A stretch of DNA of 32,000 nucleotides from Candidatus Helarchaeota ASGARD archaeon Hel_GB_B (GTDB lineage Archaea; Asgardarchaeota; Lokiarchaeia; Helarchaeales; HEL-GB-B). A model generated the notes under the pieces. That model was not told the origin of the DNA. It saw only the letters and a program-made list of their open reading frames with translations, and made no database searches. Shown in pieces: positions 9,763 through 18,040 of the stretch. How positions within the stretch are numbered: the stretch's first letter is position 1; each line of letters begins with the position of its first letter. The position numbers and the translations under genes are program-made. The stretch spans positions 20,327-52,326 of the forward strand of contig SUPR01000011.1 in the NCBI GenBank assembly GCA_005191425.1, written 5' to 3'.

Positions 9763-9954
9763 TTATCTAAAATGAAGGTCTGCTATTGCTTTTGCAATTG
9801 AGAAACGCATTAATCTGTCTTTCTCGCTTAGATGGTCATATGCATGTGTTAAATCTTGAATTATCATCTTTTTTATTTGAATATCTACAGGTAATTCAAA
9901 TCTCTCTTTATTATTTATTATTTGTTTCATGAATAATATTTTAAAAAGATTCAT
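9763..9954 (-). CDS. Small hypothetical protein
   Basis: 63-aa ORF co-oriented upstream of mptD with protein-like composition; no recognisable motif. Confidence 0.45.
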   Translation of the reverse strand: MNLFKILFMKQIINNKERFELPVDIQIKKMIIQDLTHAYDHLSEKDRLMRFSIAKAIADLHFR

Positions 9955-10007
9955 AACATATAATCGAGTAATATATGAATATTATCAAAAAAAAATAGTG
10001 ATTCAAA

Positions 10008-10688
10008 ATGTCATGGATAAAATCATCCTTTTTGTCAATAGATTCATTTGTTGACAAATTCAAATTACAAAAATATGCAATTTATGAGACGATAGTTTCA
10101 ACTTTTAATAATAAACCGGATTTTCCCCATGCTGCACCAATGGGAATAATATTTAAAGATGATTATATCTCAATAAAGCCATACAAAACAAGTAGGACAT
10201 ATAAATATATGGATAAAAATAGGTGTGCAGTTATAAATTTTATTGATGACCTAAAGTTATTTTATATTTTTTCCCAAGAAGATAAAGATATGAGTAAATT
10301 GATGGATTATTTTAAAGTTGTTTCTGAATTTACGACGCCAATTTTTAAAAATTCCAATCTATCAATTGAAGTTAAAGTCTTAGAGGACGTCAGAAAAGAT
10401 GATATTCGGGCTGAATTCAAATGTGAGCCATTGAATTATATTTATAATATGGATTATCAAAAAGAATTTGAACCGATTAATAGAGCCACTGGATGTGTAT
10501 TAGAATCAATCATTCATTCGACCAGAATTTCATTATATCGAAGGTTAAATACTCCAGAACTAATTTCAAAAATAGACGGACTAATATCACTTTTAAAGCA
10601 TTATAGAAGAATAATAAAAAAGGTCTATCCAAATTCGGTATATTCATGGATTATAGATGATATTTTCAATAGATTAAAATTAGAATGA
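10008..10688 (+). CDS. DUF447 family protein (split-barrel, flavin-binding-like)
   Basis: IYETIVST...PHAAPMGI..., IKPYKTSRTY, AVINF, INRATGCVLESIIHSTR pattern recalled from archaeal DUF447. Confidence 0.75.
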   Translation: MSWIKSSFLSIDSFVDKFKLQKYAIYETIVSTFNNKPDFPHAAPMGIIFKDDYISIKPYKTSRTYKYMDKNRCAVINFIDDLKLFYIFSQEDKDMSKLMDYFKVVSEFTTPIFKNSNLSIEVKVLEDVRKDDIRAEFKCEPLNYIYNMDYQKEFEPINRATGCVLESIIHSTRISLYRRLNTPELISKIDGLISLLKHYRRIIKKVYPNSVYSWIIDDIFNRLKLE

Positions 10689-10713
10689 TTAAAATTTATA
10701 GGTTATTATAAAA

Positions 10714-11628
10714 TTATTCTCTGTCCATTAAAGAAATAAGGTCAATACCTTTTTTAATATTAGCACCGCAATTTCCGCAATAATTAGATATTTCTCTTAA
10801 AGGCGCCCCGCAAACAAAACATGATACTAAATTACCACATCTGTCGCAAAATAACGCGCCTTGATTTATAATTTCATTACAAAAAGGGCAGTGCTGAGTT
10901 TCTAATTGTGAGATATTAGAGAATTCTTCTATTTCTTCGCCACAATGAACACAATATCGAGATTTTTCTAAAATGAAATTGCCGCATTTTTTACATATTA
11001 TCTCTTTATGACAGTTAGGACAAGTATTTTCATCGTAATTGTTAATCTCATAGCCACAATAAACGCATTTTATTTTAGGTAATTCTACTTTTTTAGGTAG
11101 AATTCCTCTAATGTCAGATAGGATATCATAGGGTATAATTTTTGTTCTTTCTGTTTTACAATTTTTACAAAGATAAACAATTGTCGCATAATTAATTGCT
11201 TTCCAATCCCATCCAAACCGAGCTCTAATTGTTTCTAGTGATTTTTCTCCACATAAATCACATCTTTCAATCATCTCTTCAACGTGCCCTAACCAGTTAT
11301 TTTTTTCGCTTAACGGTAAAATAATTTTTTTTCGTTTTTTACATTTGACGCAACGACTAATAATAATTAATTGGTTCTTTTTAATTACACCCTTAATAAA
11401 AATAGTTTTTCTATTACAAAAATCACATTCTAATGCTTTACTCCAATCACTATGTTTGAAATTGGGAGTATTACTTTTACGAATAATTAAGCAGTCATCT
11501 ATTACTTGGAAATTTAATTCTTCTCCTCTTTCCCATCTTAAGATATGTTCAATAATATTTTTCGGGAGATATACATGAAAATAAAAACGTCCATTTCTTT
11601 TGATTACTTGGAGTTTCAAAATTTTCAC
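10714..11628 (-). CDS. AbrB/SpoVT-like N-terminal domain fused to multiple (double) zinc ribbons
   Basis: N-terminus 'GRFYFHVYLPKNIIEHILRWERGEELNFQVIDDCLIIRK' is swapped-hairpin-like, followed by 12 CxxC motifs. The called GTG sits inside AGGTGA, so the in-frame TTG at 11619 may be the real start. Confidence 0.7.
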   Translation of the reverse strand: MKILKLQVIKRNGRFYFHVYLPKNIIEHILRWERGEELNFQVIDDCLIIRKSNTPNFKHSDWSKALECDFCNRKTIFIKGVIKKNQLIIISRCVKCKKRKKIILPLSEKNNWLGHVEEMIERCDLCGEKSLETIRARFGWDWKAINYATIVYLCKNCKTERTKIIPYDILSDIRGILPKKVELPKIKCVYCGYEINNYDENTCPNCHKEIICKKCGNFILEKSRYCVHCGEEIEEFSNISQLETQHCPFCNEIINQGALFCDRCGNLVSCFVCGAPLREISNYCGNCGANIKKGIDLISLMDRE

Positions 11629-11716
11629 CTAATAATAAAAATTCTTATTTAAATAAAATGAATTAAACATTAAATAAAATTTTCTTTAATTTTCAAATAA
11701 ATAGTGGTAAGAATTT

Positions 11717-13087
11717 ATGACAGATTTAGAAGGAATGTCACGGGCACTCATTAATAAGAACATTTCAAAAACAAAAATCATTGATAAATTGGTCGAAGAA
11801 TATTTAATATATAAAGACATAACAGAGGAGAATGCGAGAAACTTAGCCGAAGCTGTATATGAAGAAGTTGTGAATAGTTCAATTGAACCGCGAGATGATT
11901 TTGTAAAATCATTATTGTTTTACCCAAAGAGTAATGTAACTATAGGTGAACAGGGAGTTGGATGCCGAGGATGGGGCGATTTTTTTGTCCATAATTTAAT
12001 TGCAAAATTATCTGAAACATCAAAAAAAGCATTTTTATCTCCAACTTCATTAGATGATGCAGGGGCTGTAGAATTTAATTCTATAGAAAAGGAAAATAAA
12101 ATTTATATAACATCTAAAATGGAAGGTATGCATTCTCGATTAAGTGATTTTCCCTTTATTGCTGGATTTCATGTAACTAGAGCTGCTCTAAGAGATTTAT
12201 ATGTAAAAGGTTCAGAACCAATTTCCATTTTAATTGACATACATTTGGCTGATGACTGTGATATAGGAAAACTATTTGACTTTATGGGGGGGGTTTCAGC
12301 TGTTGCAGAGCTGGCAGAAGTACCAATTACTGGTGGAAGTACACTAAGAATTGGCGGAGATATGGTCATTGGTACTCGAATTACAGGTGGAATTAGTGCT
12401 GTAGGAGTTGCAAAAAAAATATTAGCAAGAAAATTTATTACAGACAATGATGTTATTTTGATGACTAGTGGAGCTGGAGGCGGTACTATAGCTACAACTG
12501 CAATATACGGTGGTTTGCCAGATGTGGTTAAAGAAACAATTAATATAAAATTTTTAACAGCATGTAAAGCCATTTTTGATAATGGTCTCCAAAATGTCAT
12601 AAATAGTATGTGTGATGTTACAAATGGTGGAATTCGTGGCGATTTAAATGAAATTGCATATGAATCAAAAGTAGGAATGACAATTGATGAAGAGAAATTT
12701 AAATCTTTAATAAACCATAAAGTATATAAAATGCTAGAGAACTTAAATGTAGATTATTTAGGTGTCTCTCTTGATACATTATTAATATTCTGCCCGAAAT
12801 CTAGTGTAGATGAAATTATTTCAACTGTAAAAAGAGCAGGAGTAGATATTGCAATCATTGGTTCTACAAATAATAATAAAGGTAAAATTCAGATGAAAAC
12901 AAAAGATGGAAAAATTGAGTTGTTAACAAAATATAGAGAAAGTGCATATACAAAAGTTAAAAAAATAGTTGGTGAAGAAATTGACAATGAAATCAAGAAA
13001 AAATTGACAGATAAAATTAAGAAATCAGCCGATGATGCCTTACTTAAAAGAGAAAATATAGTAAAATGGATAAAACAAAATAAATAA
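11717..13087 (+). CDS. AIR synthase (PurM)/HypE-superfamily ATP-dependent enzyme, archaeal family of unknown function
   Basis: DDAGAV, KMEGMHSRLSDFPFIAGFHVTRAALRDLYVKG, GGSTL and CDVTNGGIRGDL motifs, plus an N-terminal helical extension. Confidence 0.8.
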   Translation: MTDLEGMSRALINKNISKTKIIDKLVEEYLIYKDITEENARNLAEAVYEEVVNSSIEPRDDFVKSLLFYPKSNVTIGEQGVGCRGWGDFFVHNLIAKLSETSKKAFLSPTSLDDAGAVEFNSIEKENKIYITSKMEGMHSRLSDFPFIAGFHVTRAALRDLYVKGSEPISILIDIHLADDCDIGKLFDFMGGVSAVAELAEVPITGGSTLRIGGDMVIGTRITGGISAVGVAKKILARKFITDNDVILMTSGAGGGTIATTAIYGGLPDVVKETINIKFLTACKAIFDNGLQNVINSMCDVTNGGIRGDLNEIAYESKVGMTIDEEKFKSLINHKVYKMLENLNVDYLGVSLDTLLIFCPKSSVDEIISTVKRAGVDIAIIGSTNNNKGKIQMKTKDGKIELLTKYRESAYTKVKKIVGEEIDNEIKKKLTDKIKKSADDALLKRENIVKWIKQNK

Positions 13088-13089
13088 GA

Positions 13090-14166
13090 ATGTGCTTTTT
13101 AATGGTTAAAGTTATTGGAATTGATCCTGGAACAAATTTATGGGGTATTGTAGGACTAGAAAATTCTACTATTATATATGAAAATGCCTTTCCAACAAAA
13201 AGAGTCATTAACAAACCAGAATTGTTAATAGATATCTTAGATTCAATTGAGGATATTGATTTAATTGTTGCGCCCAGTGGATTTGGGATCCCGTTGACTT
13301 CTATTACTGAGCTTACCCATGAACAAATTTTCGAATTGACATTAAAAAGACAAAAATCAGGGTCTGAGTTAGTTGGTCTAGGAAGAGTAATTGACCTTTT
13401 ATTAAAAAAAGATTATAATGCATATTTTATACCAGGTGTAAAACATTTACCAACAGTACCTTTATATAGAAAAATAAATAAAATAGATATGGGGACTGCA
13501 GATAAAGTTTGTTCGGCAGCTCTCTCTATTTTTGATCAATCAAATTATTATAATATTGATTATGATAAGACGAATTTTATTTTAATTGAACTAGGAAGTG
13601 GTTTTACTGCAATATTGGGAATAAAAAACGGACAAATTGTTGATGGAATAGGTGGTTCATCTGGTGGATTGGGTTTTATGGGTGGTGGCGCATTAGACGG
13701 TGAACTCGCATATATATTAAAAGACATAAAAAAGTCAACAATTTATCAGGGAGGAATAACATCAATTGTTGGTTCATCGCAACTAAGTCCTGAAGAATTT
13801 ATGTTGCTAATAGAAAAAGATGATAGATGTAAAATAGCATTTGATGCATTAATAGAAAGTATATGTAAAAGCGTGCTAGCAATGACTATTTCAGTAAATA
13901 AACCTAAGGAAATATTATTGTCTGGAAGATTATCACAGCAAGAAGAAATGTTTGGTGCACTAAATAAAAGATTATCATATATAGCACCATTAAGAAATAT
14001 ATCTGGACTAGCTGGAGCAAAATATACAAAAGAAGCCGCCCAAGGAGCTGCCTTAATTGCAAATGGCTTGGCTGATGGTCAATATAAAAAATTGATTGAA
14101 AATATGAAAATTAAAGATGCATCAGGTTCAATTTTTGATAATATTTATTATGATTTACCTGAATAG
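13090..14166 (+). CDS. DUF1464 family ASKHA-fold kinase-like protein (predicted butyrate-kinase-like)
   Basis: VIGIDPGT phosphate-1 loop, APSGFG, IDMGTADK, ELGSGFTA, DGIGG and LSGR motifs. Confidence 0.78.
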   Translation: MCFLMVKVIGIDPGTNLWGIVGLENSTIIYENAFPTKRVINKPELLIDILDSIEDIDLIVAPSGFGIPLTSITELTHEQIFELTLKRQKSGSELVGLGRVIDLLLKKDYNAYFIPGVKHLPTVPLYRKINKIDMGTADKVCSAALSIFDQSNYYNIDYDKTNFILIELGSGFTAILGIKNGQIVDGIGGSSGGLGFMGGGALDGELAYILKDIKKSTIYQGGITSIVGSSQLSPEEFMLLIEKDDRCKIAFDALIESICKSVLAMTISVNKPKEILLSGRLSQQEEMFGALNKRLSYIAPLRNISGLAGAKYTKEAAQGAALIANGLADGQYKKLIENMKIKDASGSIFDNIYYDLPE

Positions 14167-15135
14167 GTGGTGTATAAAATTTCTGAATTACCGGATATAC
14201 AAAATCAATTATCACTTATCCCAATTAAAATAGATAAAGTCGGTATAAATAATGTTAGGACTCGAGTAAAAATTAGATATGACCATAAAGATTATGAATT
14301 TACACCTTTAATTTCTGCAGTTGTTGAATTACCCAATAATCTTCGTGGCACGCATATGTCTAGAAATAGTGAAACTATCGAAGAAGTCATTGACGAAATA
14401 TCTCACAAACCCGCTAGAAGAATTGAAGATATTACAAAAAATATGGCATTTAGACTATTAGAAAAACACGAATATACATCAAAAGTTGAGGTACTTTTAG
14501 ATGGAATATTAGTTATTGATGTATTTCAAGAGGGTAAAGGCAAAGTCCAGAAAAGTCTTGAAATACATATTAAAACAGAAGGATTTAAAGACGTAGAAAA
14601 TGAAAATAATAAAATAATACGACAATATTTGACAGTTTCTATTATTGGAATGAGTGCTTGCCCTTGTGGACAAGAATTATCTAGAGATTATGCTAGATCT
14701 ATCCTGGAAAGTCGAAAAAATGAATTTCATATTGATGATAAAATAATAAATGATATTCTTAACCTTGTTCCTATGGCAACTCACAGCCAAAGATGTATCG
14801 GAACTATAACAATTGAAATTCCATCAAATTTCGACATTGAACTTTTAGATTTAATTAAAATTATAGAACAAAGTATGTCCGGAATTACATATAATATTTT
14901 AAAACGTACGGACGAAGGAAAATTAATTAGATATTCACACCTTAATACAAGATTTGTTGAAGATTGTATTAGAATAATGGCTTTGAATTTGTTTAAAAAA
15001 TATATAAATCTTCCAGATAATACGACTGTTAATTTCAAAGTTGAAAGCCAAGAAAGTATTCATCCTCATAATGCTATAGCCGAAATACATTCAACTATTG
15101 GAAATTTAAGATATGCTTTTAAAAATAAGGTATAA
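14167..15135 (+). CDS. mptA: GTP cyclohydrolase MptA (type IV; FolE2/MptA family)
   Basis: LPDIQ, RGTHMSR, GMSACPC, THSQR, FVEDCIR and ESIHPHNA motifs. The GTG start abuts the previous stop codon. Confidence 0.9.
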   Translation: MVYKISELPDIQNQLSLIPIKIDKVGINNVRTRVKIRYDHKDYEFTPLISAVVELPNNLRGTHMSRNSETIEEVIDEISHKPARRIEDITKNMAFRLLEKHEYTSKVEVLLDGILVIDVFQEGKGKVQKSLEIHIKTEGFKDVENENNKIIRQYLTVSIIGMSACPCGQELSRDYARSILESRKNEFHIDDKIINDILNLVPMATHSQRCIGTITIEIPSNFDIELLDLIKIIEQSMSGITYNILKRTDEGKLIRYSHLNTRFVEDCIRIMALNLFKKYINLPDNTTVNFKVESQESIHPHNAIAEIHSTIGNLRYAFKNKV

Positions 15136-16162
15136 TTATATGAAAAATATGCTTGCATGTGAAGGGTTCTTTATAGAAACTTATGATGGACTAATATTTG
15201 ATGTTAAAGGACATATTCATCCAGAAAATAAAATTATTTCATTTATTAGATATTTCCCTGCTATTGATGGAAATAGAAAAAGAAATGGAGTGAAATATAA
15301 AAAGGTCTATTCTATCTCAGATAGAACAGAAATATTGCGTAAAATTCACCCAGAATACTTGTTTTATGACCCTATTTTGGATACAAATCTTCAAGGTGTT
15401 CTAAATAAAGATATAAAATATATCTATAATCCTGTTAATTTTAGATTAACTTTAAAGAAAAAACAGAATTTGACCAGTTTACAAAAATCTGCACTGAATT
15501 TTACAGATATCCTCATAAACTCGACAAATTGTGATGAAAATAAAATTGGAATTTCGGGTTCCCTCATGGTTGATTTGGAAACAAAAAATTCAGATATAGA
15601 CATAATAATCTATGGTGCAAAAAATGTTAGAATGGTATATGATAATATGTCAAAAATTTTTTCTGATAAAAATGATATAAATAGATACTCGATAGATCAA
15701 TATAAAAAATTATATAAATTTAAACGAAAAGATACCAAGATATCATGGAAAGATTTTATTAAAATTGAATCAAGAAAACTTTTTCAAGGAATATTTAAAG
15801 GAATAGATTTTTATATTAGGGGAATTAAAGACTGGGATGAAATAGAATATTCATATGGTGATTTTAAAATCAAAAATTATGGATATGCAACTATAAAAGG
15901 ACGTATAAAAAATAATTCAGAATCTATTTTTACTCCTTGTATTTATAAAACTTATGAAACTGAAATACTGACTAAAAATTTTCCAGATCTTCAGATTGAT
16001 GAGATTTTTTCATATCGGGGCAGATTTTCTGAATTATTAAATGAGGGCGAATCTTTCATTGCTCATGGTAAAATTGAAAAAGTTATTACAAATACCAAAA
16101 GTTCATATTATAGATTAATTGTAGGTTCCAGCAAAAACGATTACCTAAAATTAGTAGATTAG
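15113..16162 (+). CDS. Pol-beta superfamily nucleotidyltransferase with C-terminal OB-like domain (COG1665-like), copy 1
   Basis: GISGSLMVDLETKNSDIDIIIYG (GS...DxD), N-terminal FFIETYDGLIFDVKG..HP, C-terminal beta-rich region ending G.IEKV...RLIVG. The in-frame ATG at 15140, with AAGGT 8 nt upstream, is a more likely start. Confidence 0.8.
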   Translation: MLLKIRYNYMKNMLACEGFFIETYDGLIFDVKGHIHPENKIISFIRYFPAIDGNRKRNGVKYKKVYSISDRTEILRKIHPEYLFYDPILDTNLQGVLNKDIKYIYNPVNFRLTLKKKQNLTSLQKSALNFTDILINSTNCDENKIGISGSLMVDLETKNSDIDIIIYGAKNVRMVYDNMSKIFSDKNDINRYSIDQYKKLYKFKRKDTKISWKDFIKIESRKLFQGIFKGIDFYIRGIKDWDEIEYSYGDFKIKNYGYATIKGRIKNNSESIFTPCIYKTYETEILTKNFPDLQIDEIFSYRGRFSELLNEGESFIAHGKIEKVITNTKSSYYRLIVGSSKNDYLKLVD

Positions 16163-16166
16163 GAGG
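16161..16166 (+). promoter_or_regulatory. Shine-Dalgarno motif AGGAGG overlapping the stop codon of NTase copy 1
   Basis: AGGAGG lies 7 nt upstream of an in-frame ATT (16174) of NTase copy 2. Confidence 0.6.
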
Positions 16167-16173
16167 CTCTAAA

Positions 16174-17229
16174 ATTAAAGATTTAGTATTTAAGGATCGA
16201 GACTTTATTTTGACTAAAGATAACTTCTTTTTTTGTATTGTTGGGTATGACCATCCATCAGATCGAATTATTTCTTATTTAAAATATGCACCTGATACTG
16301 TTGGAAAATGGAAGATGGACGAACAGCCGCTTAAAAGAATGATCCCATTTTATTCAGCAATATCAGTCCAGAAAAGCTTAAAATTTCTTGAGAATTATCC
16401 AGATTACATTTTTAATGATAAATTTAATAATGTTAAAATTTCAGCAGTACCACTCACTTATGTTAAAAAATATTATGAAGCTGATAAAAAAATTGAAGAA
16501 ATTGCTAATTTAAAAAAGCGAGATGCCCTTCAAGAAAAAGTTATTGCTCTTGTAGATTATTTAAAGGATAAAAGTGGTGTAAATAGGGATAAATTTGGTG
16601 TTACAGGTTCGATTTTAATAAATATTCATAATCCGAAATTTTCAGATATAGATTTAACAATTTATGGAGTTAATAATGCTAAAAAAATTAAAAAAACATT
16701 AATTATGGAATATGATGAATCCAAAAGAATTAAACAATTTAAATCCAATCACGAGATCGAAAATTGGATAAAAAGAAAAACAGAGCAATTTAATTTTAAT
16801 AAAAAAATTGCAAAAATCATATTATCAAGACAATGGTCATTTGGATATTTTGATGATACAAGATTCTCAATTCATCCAATAAAAGAAATAAAGAATATAA
16901 ACAATAATTATGGAAATGAGCAATGTAAATATTTAGGGCTTGCAAAGATAAGAGCAATGATAAAAGATTCTAATAATAGTATGTTTTTGCCGTCTAAATA
17001 TGTAATTGAAGATGTTGAAATAATCAAAGGTAAAAAATCAGAGAATTTGAATCAAATTATTTCCTATGAAGGTATTTATTCTAATATAGTAGAAAATGGG
17101 GAAAAAATTGAATCATATGGAAAATTAGAAGAAGTATTTGATTTAAAGACAAAATCGAAATATCAGAGATTGCTAATAGGTTCCTATGAGGCAAAAGGTA
17201 ATGATTATATGATCCCAATTGACTTTTAA
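16174..17229 (+). CDS. Pol-beta superfamily nucleotidyltransferase with C-terminal OB-like domain (COG1665-like), copy 2; proposed ATT start (ORF track uses TTG at 16210)
   Basis: GVTGSILINIHNPKFSDIDLTIYG motif. The frame is open back to 16114, and the residues upstream of the TTG (VFKDRDFI-LTKDNFFF) align with ACEGFFIETYDGLIF of copy 1. Confidence 0.78.
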   Translation: MKDLVFKDRDFILTKDNFFFCIVGYDHPSDRIISYLKYAPDTVGKWKMDEQPLKRMIPFYSAISVQKSLKFLENYPDYIFNDKFNNVKISAVPLTYVKKYYEADKKIEEIANLKKRDALQEKVIALVDYLKDKSGVNRDKFGVTGSILINIHNPKFSDIDLTIYGVNNAKKIKKTLIMEYDESKRIKQFKSNHEIENWIKRKTEQFNFNKKIAKIILSRQWSFGYFDDTRFSIHPIKEIKNINNNYGNEQCKYLGLAKIRAMIKDSNNSMFLPSKYVIEDVEIIKGKKSENLNQIISYEGIYSNIVENGEKIESYGKLEEVFDLKTKSKYQRLLIGSYEAKGNDYMIPIDF

Positions 17230-17629
17230 CTTTAATTTATTAAATTAAATAATAGTTTTACATTAATATTCCAGTTAATTTATTGTGTATATAACAAATT
17301 CTTCTCCTTATAACATCGAAAATTTCTCAAAATTTGTTCTATTAATTGCCTATTAATTTTTAAATAAATTTTTGGATAATTTAATACTAAAAAAGTACTT
17401 TTTTCCATGAATTTTTACAATAAAAAATCATAAAATTATAAAAAATTAAAAAGTATCTTAAAAATAAATTTATATAAGAATTAAATTAAGTAAATCGACC
17501 TAAAATATGGAATAAAAATCGTATAATACTAATAAAATATGATTTCTTAATTATTGTGTTGAATTATTAATCAGAATTGACCATAAAATATTTAATTAAT
17601 AATAGAATATAATGAAACAGGTATTAAAA

Positions 17630-17962
17630 ATGTGCGAATTTCGAGTAAAATTAAAAGATGGAAATGTTTTAACAGATATTACAGAAGGTATTGTATTTTG
17701 TACAATAAAAGACGGTGAAATTATCTTTAGAGGCTTAGGAGTTGAGAAGAAAGTATCCGGTGGAATTATTACTGAATTTAATGTTATAGGAGAAGAAAGT
17801 GCATACATACATATTGTGAAATCACCCATAATTAGTGAGTTTCTTAAATTCATAGATAAAGAGCAAGAAAACAAAAATGGAAATTTGTCCAAAACAGACC
17901 TATTAAATGAATGGGAAAAAGTTAATGGTAATATTAAAAATTTCTTGATGAATTTGGAATAA
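17630..17962 (+). CDS. CooT-like (putative Ni-binding) small protein with C-terminal extension
   Basis: From the second in-frame ATG (17630, AGGT 7 nt upstream) the protein starts MCEFRV, the Met-Cys start typical of CooT, followed by a short beta-rich domain. The ORF track starts at 17612. Confidence 0.55.
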   Translation: MCEFRVKLKDGNVLTDITEGIVFCTIKDGEIIFRGLGVEKKVSGGIITEFNVIGEESAYIHIVKSPIISEFLKFIDKEQENKNGNLSKTDLLNEWEKVNGNIKNFLMNLE

Positions 17963-18040
17963 AAAATATGTATTATATTATTTTACTTGTATTTTTTTAT
18001 AATTTAATATCTATTTTCTTTTTGTAATTTCAAAAATATT

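Noticed and set aside
11717-13087. Calling this gene hypE, purM, selD or methanogenesis marker 2
   Set aside because: Only superfamily motifs are shared. No hyp, pur or mcr context is present, and the length and N-terminus fit a distinct uncharacterised archaeal family.
16114-16162. Programmed -1 frameshift fusing the two nucleotidyltransferases
   Set aside because: The -1 frame is open over the last 49 nt of copy 1, but there is no canonical X XXY YYZ heptamer (the best is C AAA AAC) and no obvious downstream structure. The SD plus ATT explains the layout more simply. Not formally excluded.
15113-17229. CBASS/cGAS-like or toxin-antitoxin (MNT-HEPN) defence system
   Set aside because: No effector, HEPN partner or CD-NTase-type architecture is present. 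The genes are embedded in a metabolic operon with mptA.
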